From a virus (taxonomy: Duplodnaviria > Caudoviricetes): 64,000 nucleotides of DNA. The DNA lies in the IMG/VR virus record IMGVR_UViG_3300030376_008307, positions 1 through 64,000 of that record. The stretch is one strand, 5' to 3'. Numbering within the stretch: position 1 is the stretch's first letter; each line of letters opens with the position of its first letter. Positions 49,691 through 58,128 of this stretch are shown here, one piece after another. The notes under the pieces were generated by a model. That model was not told the origin of the DNA. It saw nothing but the letters and a program-made list of their open reading frames with translations, and did not search any database. The position numbers and the translations under genes are program-made.

Positions 49691-50473
49691 ATGCACAAGC
49701 AATTAAAAAGGATAGAGGACTATAATAAAACTCTCCCAGTATTAGAAGTATACACAGCAGTACAATCAGAAGGTAGTCGTCAAGGTTATCCAACTATTGT
49801 GATTAGAACAACAGGCTGTACCCACAGATGTTATTTCGGTGAAGGAGGATGGTGTGATAGTTGGTATACAAGTATCCACCCAGAAAAAGGAACATATTCA
49901 TTTCAAGATATAATAGATGCCTATGATCAACATCCTCATATTAAAGAAATGATGTTAACAGGGGGATCCCCCACAATGCATCCTAAATTAGTTAACGAAT
50001 TAACTCACTTTGCACATGAAAGAGATATTTTTATTACTATTGAAACTGAGGGATCTCATTTTCTCCCTACTGATTATCCCATTAATTTGCTTAGCATTAG
50101 TCCTAAGTTTTCTAATAGTGTTCCCGTTATGGGTGCTGTCACTCCTAATGGAGCCGAGGTAGATGAAAGAATGATTAAAACACATAATAGATTAAGGTTA
50201 AATTATGAGGCAATAAATAAATCTATTGAATATCATTCTGATTATCATATTAAACCTGTATTAGATAAAAATTTATCTATGGTAGAAGAAGTAGAAGAAC
50301 TATTAAAAATATGTAATATCCCAGATAATAAAGTTTGGGCAATGCCTGCAGGTGATACTAGGGAAAGTTTGATGGAATCATATCCTGAGGTAATGAATTT
50401 TGTAAGAGATAGAGGTTGGAGATTTACTGGTAGATCTCATATTATAGCTTTTAATACTGAACGTTGTGTCTAA
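49691..50473 (+). CDS. queE: 7-carboxy-7-deazaguanine synthase (radical SAM)
   Basis: VQSEG, GCTHRCYFGEGGWCDS, TGGSP, ETEG, SPK. Confidence 0.9.
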   Translation: MHKQLKRIEDYNKTLPVLEVYTAVQSEGSRQGYPTIVIRTTGCTHRCYFGEGGWCDSWYTSIHPEKGTYSFQDIIDAYDQHPHIKEMMLTGGSPTMHPKLVNELTHFAHERDIFITIETEGSHFLPTDYPINLLSISPKFSNSVPVMGAVTPNGAEVDERMIKTHNRLRLNYEAINKSIEYHSDYHIKPVLDKNLSMVEEVEELLKICNIPDNKVWAMPAGDTRESLMESYPEVMNFVRDRGWRFTGRSHIIAFNTERCV

Positions 50474-50600
50474 AGAAGAGGCACTTGAAATATTAGAAGA
50501 AATAGTAGAAAATGTTAGTGTATGTTGCTCTGTAACTATGGAACCAGATGAAGTATTAATATTAATTGATAAACTTAAAGAATATATAAAAAATGTATAA
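50466..50600 (+). CDS. Small hypothetical protein (44 aa, GTG start; not in ORF track)
   Basis: Open frame fills the gap and overlaps both neighbours. Confidence 0.4.
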   Translation: MSKEEALEILEEIVENVSVCCSVTMEPDEVLILIDKLKEYIKNV

Positions 50601-50931
50601 ATATAACGCAAAATTAGATAGGGTAGTTGATGGTGATACTGTTGATGCTCTTGTAGATTTAGGATTTGATACTTGGAAAAAAGTAAGAATTAGAATGATG
50701 GGTATGAATGCTCCTGAATCAAGAACTAAGGATTTAGAGGAAAAAAAATTAGGATTAGCTGCTAAATCTAGACTTACAGAATTATTGGGTGATGGAAAAT
50801 TTATCCTTCAATCTCATGGTGTAGGAAAATATGGAAGATGTTTAGGTACTTTACTAATAAATGATGTAGATATAAATAAACAGTTAATTAATGAAGGTCA
50901 TGCAACAGAATACTTTGGTGGAAAAAGATAA
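50593..50931 (+). CDS. Thermonuclease (SNase-like)
   Basis: RVVDGDT, RIR...APE, GKYGR.L. Confidence 0.85.
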   Translation: MYKYNAKLDRVVDGDTVDALVDLGFDTWKKVRIRMMGMNAPESRTKDLEEKKLGLAAKSRLTELLGDGKFILQSHGVGKYGRCLGTLLINDVDINKQLINEGHATEYFGGKR

Positions 50932-50932
50932 T

Positions 50933-51325
50933 ATGGAAAATAAAATTTATGTAGGTTGGAATGGAATTGAAGAATTAGTTGATGATTTATGTTACCAAAT
51001 TACAACTAACTATCCAGAAATTAAATATGTACATGGTTTAAAAAGAGGTGGTTTAATTCCTGCTATTATGGTTTCCCATACTTTAGGATTAGAGTATGTA
51101 GATACACCTCAACATTATGATAATTGTTTAATTGTTGATGATATATGTGATAGTGGAGTAACTTTAGAAAAATGGAATGACTATGTTACTGCTGTTTTAC
51201 ATTATAAACCTCATACATCATGTGTAGAACCTACTATACATGCTTTTGCACATGAAGGAGATGAATGGATAATATATCCTTGGGAGAGAGATGATAGTGA
51301 AACTATTCAAGATTATTTAAAATAG
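50933..51325 (+). CDS. Purine phosphoribosyltransferase-like protein
   Basis: RGGLIP, LIVDDICDSGVT (PRPP loop), WIIYPWE. Confidence 0.85.
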   Translation: MENKIYVGWNGIEELVDDLCYQITTNYPEIKYVHGLKRGGLIPAIMVSHTLGLEYVDTPQHYDNCLIVDDICDSGVTLEKWNDYVTAVLHYKPHTSCVEPTIHAFAHEGDEWIIYPWERDDSETIQDYLK

Positions 51326-51376
51326 TTTGGTTTTTTAATAAAACATTCGTATATTAATATAAAATAAATAAGAAAA

Positions 51377-52075
51377 ATGGCAAAAAATAAAAAAGCTAAA
51401 ATTCATGAAAAATTAGAAGTTGTACAAAAAGGTTTTGCAAATGGGGTTGCAACTAATTTTCCTTTAAATGATAAACAAAAGGAAAAAATGATTGAAAAAG
51501 CAGCAAAAGCATATGGAGAATTTTTAACTGCTTTAGATTGTGATTGGAAAAATGATCCAAATTCAGCTGATACACCTAGAAGAGTAGCTAAAGCATATGT
51601 AAATGATTTATGGGCTGGTAGATACACTCCAATGTCTCCTATAACTTCCTTTCCTTCGGATGGTTATGATGGAATCGTTATTGAAAGAAACATCCCTCTA
51701 ACCTCAATGTGTTCACACCACCACCAAACAATTGGTGGGGTGGTTCATATTGGTTATATAGCTGGAGAAGATGGTCAAGTAGTTGGATTATCTAAATTAA
51801 ACAGAATAGTTGAATTATTTGGAAGAAGAGGAGCAATACAAGAACAATTAACATCAGCAATACATAATGCTGTAGATAAAATTACTGAAGGTAATAGAGG
51901 TGTTATTGTAACTATAGTTGCAGGACATAATTGTGTAAGTTGTAGAGGTGTAAAGCATCAAGGAGCAGGTATGGTAACTACTAAAGCATCAGGTGTATTT
52001 AGACAAAATACTAACTTAGCTAGAAAAGAATTTTTTGATAGCTTAAAAATTAATAACGGAGGACATCAAATTTAA
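51377..52075 (+). CDS. folE: GTP cyclohydrolase I
   Basis: TPRRVAK, SMCSHH, GLSKL, QEQLT, HNCVSCRG. Confidence 0.95.
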   Translation: MAKNKKAKIHEKLEVVQKGFANGVATNFPLNDKQKEKMIEKAAKAYGEFLTALDCDWKNDPNSADTPRRVAKAYVNDLWAGRYTPMSPITSFPSDGYDGIVIERNIPLTSMCSHHHQTIGGVVHIGYIAGEDGQVVGLSKLNRIVELFGRRGAIQEQLTSAIHNAVDKITEGNRGVIVTIVAGHNCVSCRGVKHQGAGMVTTKASGVFRQNTNLARKEFFDSLKINNGGHQI

Positions 52076-52079
52076 AATT

Positions 52080-52598
52080 ATGAAAAGAATACTATTAATA
52101 CTATTAGTTTCGCTTGGACTACAAACACAAGCACAACAATCAAATCCAGCATATTTTTGCTGTGATTCAATAACATATTGGACAGATCAAAGTCAAGGAT
52201 TCAATATAGGTCTTGACACAACAAGTATGATACATAATCCTGATTCAATAGATGTTATTTGGTCTATATGTAATTCAACAGCTTGCTATCCAGGTACAGG
52301 TATGTATGCTTATTTTGGGCAAATTATGTCTACTGATACAATTAAAGTATGTTATGATGTATGGCTTTATGAAGCAAATACAATGGAAGTATGTACTCAT
52401 TGTGATTCATTAATATTTGATCAAAACTTATATTCATGGGTTATGTTTAGTATGCAAGGTAATCCATTATCTATAAATGAACTAATGTTTAATAGAGTTA
52501 ATGATAATAAGATTTATGACATGTTAGGAAGAGAATTAACTGAAATTCCAGTAGGTCAAATGTATATTAGAAATCAAAAACTATACATAAATAAATAA
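52080..52598 (+). CDS. Secreted Cys-containing protein with short T9SS-like C-terminal tail
   Basis: Signal peptide ending AQ; C-terminal IYDMLGREL...GQMYIRNQKLYINK. Confidence 0.6.
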   Translation: MKRILLILLVSLGLQTQAQQSNPAYFCCDSITYWTDQSQGFNIGLDTTSMIHNPDSIDVIWSICNSTACYPGTGMYAYFGQIMSTDTIKVCYDVWLYEANTMEVCTHCDSLIFDQNLYSWVMFSMQGNPLSINELMFNRVNDNKIYDMLGRELTEIPVGQMYIRNQKLYINK

Positions 52599-52664
52599 TA
52601 AATTTGTACATATAATTTGGAAGGGCGCAAGCCCTTTCTTATATTTACGTTAAATAAAATAGTT

Positions 52665-53186
52665 ATGAGTGATAAAGAAAAATTAGGAAATAAATATTGG
52701 AATGTGCCTTTTGTAAATGAGGTAGAAGAATTTAATGAAACATTTGGTAAACCAAATAATTACGAACCTACAATCCCTGAAAAAAAAGAATGGATGTTTG
52801 TCTATGATTTTATTCAAGAAGAACTAGCTGAATATAAAGAAGCTTGTGAGAAAGGTGATATTGTAGAAGTTTTAGATGCATTATGTGATATTACTTATGT
52901 TTCATTAGGTAATGGAACTATGTTACATGGTTTGAAAGGTCATATTTGGAAAGCATACCAAGAAGTCCAGGCATCAAATATGTCAAAATCTTGTGTTGAT
53001 GAAGCAGAAGCTGAATTAACTGTAACTCAACGAGCTAAAGAACAAGGTGAAGATTGTCATTGGGAAAAAATAGGTAATCGTTATGTTGTTTATAGAACTC
53101 GTGATAGAAAAGTAATGAAGTCAGTAAATTACTTTAAACCAGACTTAAAACAATTTTTCTCAAAATCAGATTTAGATAATGTATAA
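52665..53186 (+). CDS. MazG-like (PRA-PH family) NTP pyrophosphohydrolase
   Basis: EELAEY, EVLDALCD, EVQASNMSK, KVMKS. Confidence 0.82.
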   Translation: MSDKEKLGNKYWNVPFVNEVEEFNETFGKPNNYEPTIPEKKEWMFVYDFIQEELAEYKEACEKGDIVEVLDALCDITYVSLGNGTMLHGLKGHIWKAYQEVQASNMSKSCVDEAEAELTVTQRAKEQGEDCHWEKIGNRYVVYRTRDRKVMKSVNYFKPDLKQFFSKSDLDNV

Positions 53187-54855
53187 AAAAGCATTTGCAA
53201 GAAAGCTTAAAGATAACAAATACTTAATACATTTATGGGAAGATGAAGGCTACAGTAAAGTAGAATGGGATAATCAAGCTTACATTGAATGTGATGAAAG
53301 TGAAGCCCAATATACAGGCCTAAATGGAGAACCATTAAAAAAAGTAAGGAATTGGAGATCTGATGATTCAAGACTTCATTTTCATGATATGCCTCCTTAT
53401 CAAAAGTTTTTAGTTGAAAAATATGGTATTAATGATGAACCATCTACTACTCATAGAGAAATATTCTTTGATATTGAGTGTGAAATGGGAGACGCTTTAA
53501 CACCAGAATATATTCAATCTGCACCTAAAAGAATTACTTCAATTGCTTGGTATGATAAACAAGTAGATCAATGGGGAATTGTTATTTTAGATGATGAGGG
53601 ACAACTAAAACGTACTAAAGCTAAAAATAAAGAAATTATTCCTTGTAGAACTGAAGAAGAATTATTAGCTAAATTCTTAGAAAGATTTAGAGATATGGAT
53701 CCTGATATTATAGTAGGATGGAATAGTGATTATTTTGATATTCCTTATTTATATTATAGAATGTGCAATGTATTAGGAAGTGATTTTGCTAGACATTTAT
53801 CTCCTATAGGTTATGTAAGAGAAACCCCATGGTTTAAAGATCAGTATATTCAAATAGCAGGTGTTGAATCTCTTGATTATATGCGTTTACATAAAAAATA
53901 TAGTTGGGCTGATGAACCATCTATGAGATTAGATGCTATTGGTGAAAAATATGTTGGAATGAATAAAATTGAATATGAAGGTAATTTAGATCAATTATTT
54001 AAAGATGATATTCAAAAGTTTATTAGATATAATTTTGTTGATGTTGAAATATTAAAATTATTAGATGAAAAATTAGATTATTTAGCATTAACTAAAAATC
54101 TATCTCATAAGGGAAAACATAATTATAGTGAAGTATATGCTAATACTAAAACACAAGATGGTGCTATTTCAGCTTATCTATTAAGTAAAAAAATCATTCC
54201 ACCTGCTAAAGAACGTAATCCTATACATAAAAAAGGATATGCTGGTGGTTATTTATTTTGCCCCCAAGCTGGATTATATAATTATATGTTTGATGAAGAT
54301 TTAACATCTCTATACCCTTCAATTATTATGACTGTTAATATTGGTAAAGAAACAATGGTAGCTAGAATTATTGATGCTGATGATAGAAATAATAGATTAG
54401 GACTAAATGATTTAAAATCCAAGGATCCTGAAGAGGAAATATTAATTGAAAATGTTAAACGTAAACGTACTAAAGTTACTATTGGGGATCTAATAGGATT
54501 TATTGAAAAAAATAATTGGGCTATATCAGCAAATGGTGTTATGTTTAGTACAAATCGTGAGTCAGTATTATCAACTATATTAAATAAATGGTTTGATGAA
54601 AGAGTATTGTATAAAAATAAAATGAAAAAAGCATACAAATCAGGTGATAATGAATTAGGAGCTGCTTATCATATGAAACAATATACAATGAAGATTTTAT
54701 TAAATAGTTTATATGGTGCTACTGCTTTAGGTTCGTTTAGATATGGTAATGTAGTGTTATCTGAAGCAATTACATTAAGTGGCCAACGTATTATCCAAGA
54801 AAGTGCTTTATGCGCTAATAGACACATGAATAAAATAATTAAAGGAAATATATGA
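53179..54855 (+). CDS. Family B DNA polymerase, N-terminal part (exonuclease, motifs A and B)
   Basis: FFDIE, GWNSDYFD, YNFVDV, DLTSLYPS, KILLNSLYG. Confidence 0.92.
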   Translation: MYKKAFARKLKDNKYLIHLWEDEGYSKVEWDNQAYIECDESEAQYTGLNGEPLKKVRNWRSDDSRLHFHDMPPYQKFLVEKYGINDEPSTTHREIFFDIECEMGDALTPEYIQSAPKRITSIAWYDKQVDQWGIVILDDEGQLKRTKAKNKEIIPCRTEEELLAKFLERFRDMDPDIIVGWNSDYFDIPYLYYRMCNVLGSDFARHLSPIGYVRETPWFKDQYIQIAGVESLDYMRLHKKYSWADEPSMRLDAIGEKYVGMNKIEYEGNLDQLFKDDIQKFIRYNFVDVEILKLLDEKLDYLALTKNLSHKGKHNYSEVYANTKTQDGAISAYLLSKKIIPPAKERNPIHKKGYAGGYLFCPQAGLYNYMFDEDLTSLYPSIIMTVNIGKETMVARIIDADDRNNRLGLNDLKSKDPEEEILIENVKRKRTKVTIGDLIGFIEKNNWAISANGVMFSTNRESVLSTILNKWFDERVLYKNKMKKAYKSGDNELGAAYHMKQYTMKILLNSLYGATALGSFRYGNVVLSEAITLSGQRIIQESALCANRHMNKIIKGNI

Positions 54856-55781
54856 AGCATTTAGAAGATACTCCATGGTGGATTTGTGATCCAGGTGACA
54901 CAAATTATTGTGCTTATGTTGATACAGATTCTAATTACTTTAATGCAGAACCTCTATTAAGACATTTATATCCTAATTTTGATGAAATGTCTGAAAAAGA
55001 AAAAGATGATGTTTTAGAAAAGGAAGCACTTAAATATCAAGACATTATTACTGAAGATTATGATAGGTTAGCTAAAGATTGTTTTAATGTTACTAATCAT
55101 AGATTAGAAATGAAAACTGAATGTGTAATTAGATCAGCTTATTTCAGAGCTACAAGACGTTATGCACAGTGGATTACTAAACAAGAAGGAATTGAAAAAG
55201 AATCATTAGATGTTAAAGGTTTAGAATTTAAAAAAGCTAATTTCCCTCCAGTATTTGGTAAGTTTTTTAAAAGTTGTTTAGAACAAGTACTTAAAGGAGT
55301 ACCTAAACATGAAATTGATTCTCAATTATTAGAATTTAGAAGACAAATATTAAGTGGGGAAATACCTATTGAAAAAATTGGTAACCCACAAGCAGTAAAA
55401 AAACTAAATAAATTTACTGAGCGTAAAGCTAGAGCTGGTGAAATGTTTTCTTCAATAGGTAAAGGTGCCCCCGCAGCTGTTAAAGCAGCTATTATTTATA
55501 ATGATTTACTAAGATTTTGGAAATTAGATAAAAAATATAATTATATTACACAGGGAGAGAAAATTAAATGGATTTATTTAAAAAATAATCCTTATAGAAT
55601 TGAAGCAATTGCTTTCCTAGACTATGATATACCAAAAGAAATTCGTACATTTATTGAGAAATATGCTGATAGACAAAAAGTATTTGATAGTATATTATTA
55701 AATAAATTAGAAGGATTTTATAATGATCTGGGATGGGCATTAAGTCTAAACCCTCATAGAAACAAATTTTTTAATTTTTAA
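54852..55781 (+). CDS. Family B DNA polymerase, C-terminal part (motif C, thumb)
   Basis: YVDTDS, RRYA, VKGLE. Confidence 0.9.
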   Translation: MKHLEDTPWWICDPGDTNYCAYVDTDSNYFNAEPLLRHLYPNFDEMSEKEKDDVLEKEALKYQDIITEDYDRLAKDCFNVTNHRLEMKTECVIRSAYFRATRRYAQWITKQEGIEKESLDVKGLEFKKANFPPVFGKFFKSCLEQVLKGVPKHEIDSQLLEFRRQILSGEIPIEKIGNPQAVKKLNKFTERKARAGEMFSSIGKGAPAAVKAAIIYNDLLRFWKLDKKYNYITQGEKIKWIYLKNNPYRIEAIAFLDYDIPKEIRTFIEKYADRQKVFDSILLNKLEGFYNDLGWALSLNPHRNKFFNF

Positions 55782-56165
55782 ATGGCTAAGAATAAAGATA
55801 AACCAGATATGTTTGCAGAGGAAAAAGCAATTATGCCTTATGGTGATAGTGTAGCTGCTCCTAAAATAGATATTCCAAATACTAATGCATGGGTAGCTCA
55901 ACAATCTGTAGATGTAAATAATTATTTATCTTCTAAATTTATAGAATTAAAAGAAGAATATGCAAAACTTATAGCTTTATATAAATGGAATGAATTAGTT
56001 AATCAAGCTGAATTTAATTTTATTCCTGTTAAAGGACATACATATTATCTCTATCAAAGAGAAGATGAAAGATTATTTTTATCTTTAATTGAACCTGAAT
56101 ATTGGGAACAATTATTTGTAGGAGAAGTAACACTAGACTCAGATAATAAATGGATTAAAAAATAA
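55782..56165 (+). CDS. DUF2452-like protein
   Basis: PYG...AP; FNFIPVKGHTYYLY...FLSLIEPEYW. Confidence 0.6.
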   Translation: MAKNKDKPDMFAEEKAIMPYGDSVAAPKIDIPNTNAWVAQQSVDVNNYLSSKFIELKEEYAKLIALYKWNELVNQAEFNFIPVKGHTYYLYQREDERLFLSLIEPEYWEQLFVGEVTLDSDNKWIKK

Positions 56166-56169
56166 TAAA

Positions 56170-56922
56170 ATGATAAATAAATCAAAATTACAATCAATAA
56201 TATCTAAATACTATTTAAATGGATTAGTTCAATCTGTAAGGTGGGAAACTAATGAAAATAAATTAAGTATTAGTTTTACATCAGAAAATAAAGATATAGC
56301 AGGGGATTTATTTTGTGAAAATTCTCCAGTTGAAAATAGTGAAATAGCAATATTTGACACAGCACAATTAAATAAATTAATATCAGTTACTAATGGTGAA
56401 TTATTACTTACTCTAGAAAAAGAACATAAAGTATTTTCTAAATTACATATTCAAGATAATTCATTTAATGTAGCTTATTCTTTAGCAGATTCATTATTAG
56501 TACCAAAAAGAGGAACTATTAATTTCCCAACTGAATATGATGTTACAATAGAATTAACTCCTGAAATAGTAAATAATTTTATTAAAGCTAAAAGTGCATT
56601 AACAGATATAAGTGATGTAATGATTAGTACAGAAGAAGATCCTGATAGAGGAACAGTAATACAATTTGCATTTGGGGATTTAAATAATTTTTCAAATAAA
56701 ATTAAATATATTGTAGATGAAAATATAGAAGTTACATTGGGTAAAGACTTAAAATTACCATTTAACTCAGATTCATTTAAAAATATATTAGCAGCAAATA
56801 AAGATTTAGAAAGTGGTAAACTTTCATTAACTGAAGAAGGATTTATGAAATTAGAATTTCAATCAGAAGATATAAAGACTTTATACTATATGGTAAGAAA
56901 AGAAGATGCCACATATGTATAA
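56170..56922 (+). CDS. DNA sliding clamp (gp45-like)
   Basis: About 250 aa, beta-rich; near PolB and clamp loader. Confidence 0.6.
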   Translation: MINKSKLQSIISKYYLNGLVQSVRWETNENKLSISFTSENKDIAGDLFCENSPVENSEIAIFDTAQLNKLISVTNGELLLTLEKEHKVFSKLHIQDNSFNVAYSLADSLLVPKRGTINFPTEYDVTIELTPEIVNNFIKAKSALTDISDVMISTEEDPDRGTVIQFAFGDLNNFSNKIKYIVDENIEVTLGKDLKLPFNSDSFKNILAANKDLESGKLSLTEEGFMKLEFQSEDIKTLYYMVRKEDATYV

Positions 56923-56998
56923 TAAATTGACCTAAGGGCGCAAGTTTTAAATTATTTATTAACCGCTGATCTTAATGACAGCATAAAAACAAAGTGAT

Positions 56999-57421
56999 AT
57001 GAGTACACATTTTTTAGAAAGATCATTCCATCCGTTTGATCTATTATTTCGAAATTTATTCGAAGCAAACACCCAATTCGTTCCGGCTATAGAAGCCAAA
57101 CAACAATACCCAATTAATATTTACGAAGATGATTCAGGTTTAACTTTTGAGTTAGCTTGCACTGGCATCCCTAAAGATGCTATTGAAGTTAAGTTAGAGG
57201 GAGACATGATTATCTTTAATTATGATAAGGAGAAAACACCAGAAACTCCTAACCGAAATTATATTCATAGAGGAATTGCAAAACGTTCTTTTAATTTAGG
57301 ATATAAAGTAGGAACTAAGTTCGACCTTAAAAAGGCAAAAGCAAATTTTAATGATGGTTTACTAATTGTGACTATTCCATTTGCTGAAGAAGCTAAGCCA
57401 AAAGTTTTGAAAATTAACTAA
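56999..57421 (+). CDS. Small heat shock protein (Hsp20)
   Basis: YPINIYE, YIHRGIAKRSF, ANFNDGLL.VTIP. Confidence 0.92.
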   Translation: MSTHFLERSFHPFDLLFRNLFEANTQFVPAIEAKQQYPINIYEDDSGLTFELACTGIPKDAIEVKLEGDMIIFNYDKEKTPETPNRNYIHRGIAKRSFNLGYKVGTKFDLKKAKANFNDGLLIVTIPFAEEAKPKVLKIN

Positions 57422-57494
57422 CCAAACGCGCCCTTTAGGTTGGTTTACCAATAAAATTTTCGTATATTATATTATAATAAAAAAATAAAGTTAT

Positions 57495-57791
57495 ATGACT
57501 ATTATCAAAGATGATTTACTAGAGCCTTATTTCATAGGCAAAGATGCATACTGTTATACAGCATATGAAGTAATTACCCCTCAGAAAAAATACCTAGCAG
57601 AAGGTAGTAAAGGAAAAAAATATGAAAAACCAATTGGCCATTATGCTGATTTTGGTTCTGCATTAGAGGCTATTATGAAAGCACAGCTTAATGTAAAAAA
57701 TGGAGAATATTCCTCAATTCAGAGTTATTTGGATAAATGGAATGAGATTAAAAATAATTTAAATAATATTAAAGAAAAAATTGCGATATGA
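57495..57791 (+). CDS. Hypothetical protein
   Basis: 98-aa ORF after the promoter at 57439-57468. Confidence 0.55.
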   Translation: MTIIKDDLLEPYFIGKDAYCYTAYEVITPQKKYLAEGSKGKKYEKPIGHYADFGSALEAIMKAQLNVKNGEYSSIQSYLDKWNEIKNNLNNIKEKIAI

Positions 57792-58126
57792 ATTTAGAAG
57801 CACTATTTAACGCTGTTATAGTTAAACCAATTGAGGCAGAAGAAACTAAGTATGGCTCAATTGTAGTTCCTGATATGGGAAAAGATGTTAACGAACATGG
57901 AGAAGTAATAGCTGTAGGACCTGGTCAACATACAATTTCAGGTACATTTATTGAAACTATGAGTAAAGTTGGGGATATAGTAATACTTCCAACTCAAGGA
58001 TTTACAAAATTACAGCATGATGGAGAAGATTATTATGTTGGTCCTGAAAATCAAATCTTAGCAAGAGTAAAAAAAGAAGTAGATTTTGAAAAAATATTAG
58101 AAGAAACTGAACCATTAAACGAATAA
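57788..58126 (+). CDS. groES: Co-chaperonin
   Basis: VIVKP, GSIVVPD, GEVIAVGPG, KVGD. Confidence 0.9.
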   Translation: MNLEALFNAVIVKPIEAEETKYGSIVVPDMGKDVNEHGEVIAVGPGQHTISGTFIETMSKVGDIVILPTQGFTKLQHDGEDYYVGPENQILARVKKEVDFEKILEETEPLNE

Positions 58127-58128
58127 AA

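Noticed and set aside
5305-51325. Stop-codon reassignment (TAG or TGA)
   Set aside because: Conserved genes are intact under the standard code, several end at TAG or TGA at their expected termini, and the tRNA has a normal TTG anticodon.
54840-54860. Intron or intein at the PolB split
   Set aside because: The ORFs overlap directly (ATGA); there is no intervening sequence and no intein terminal motif.
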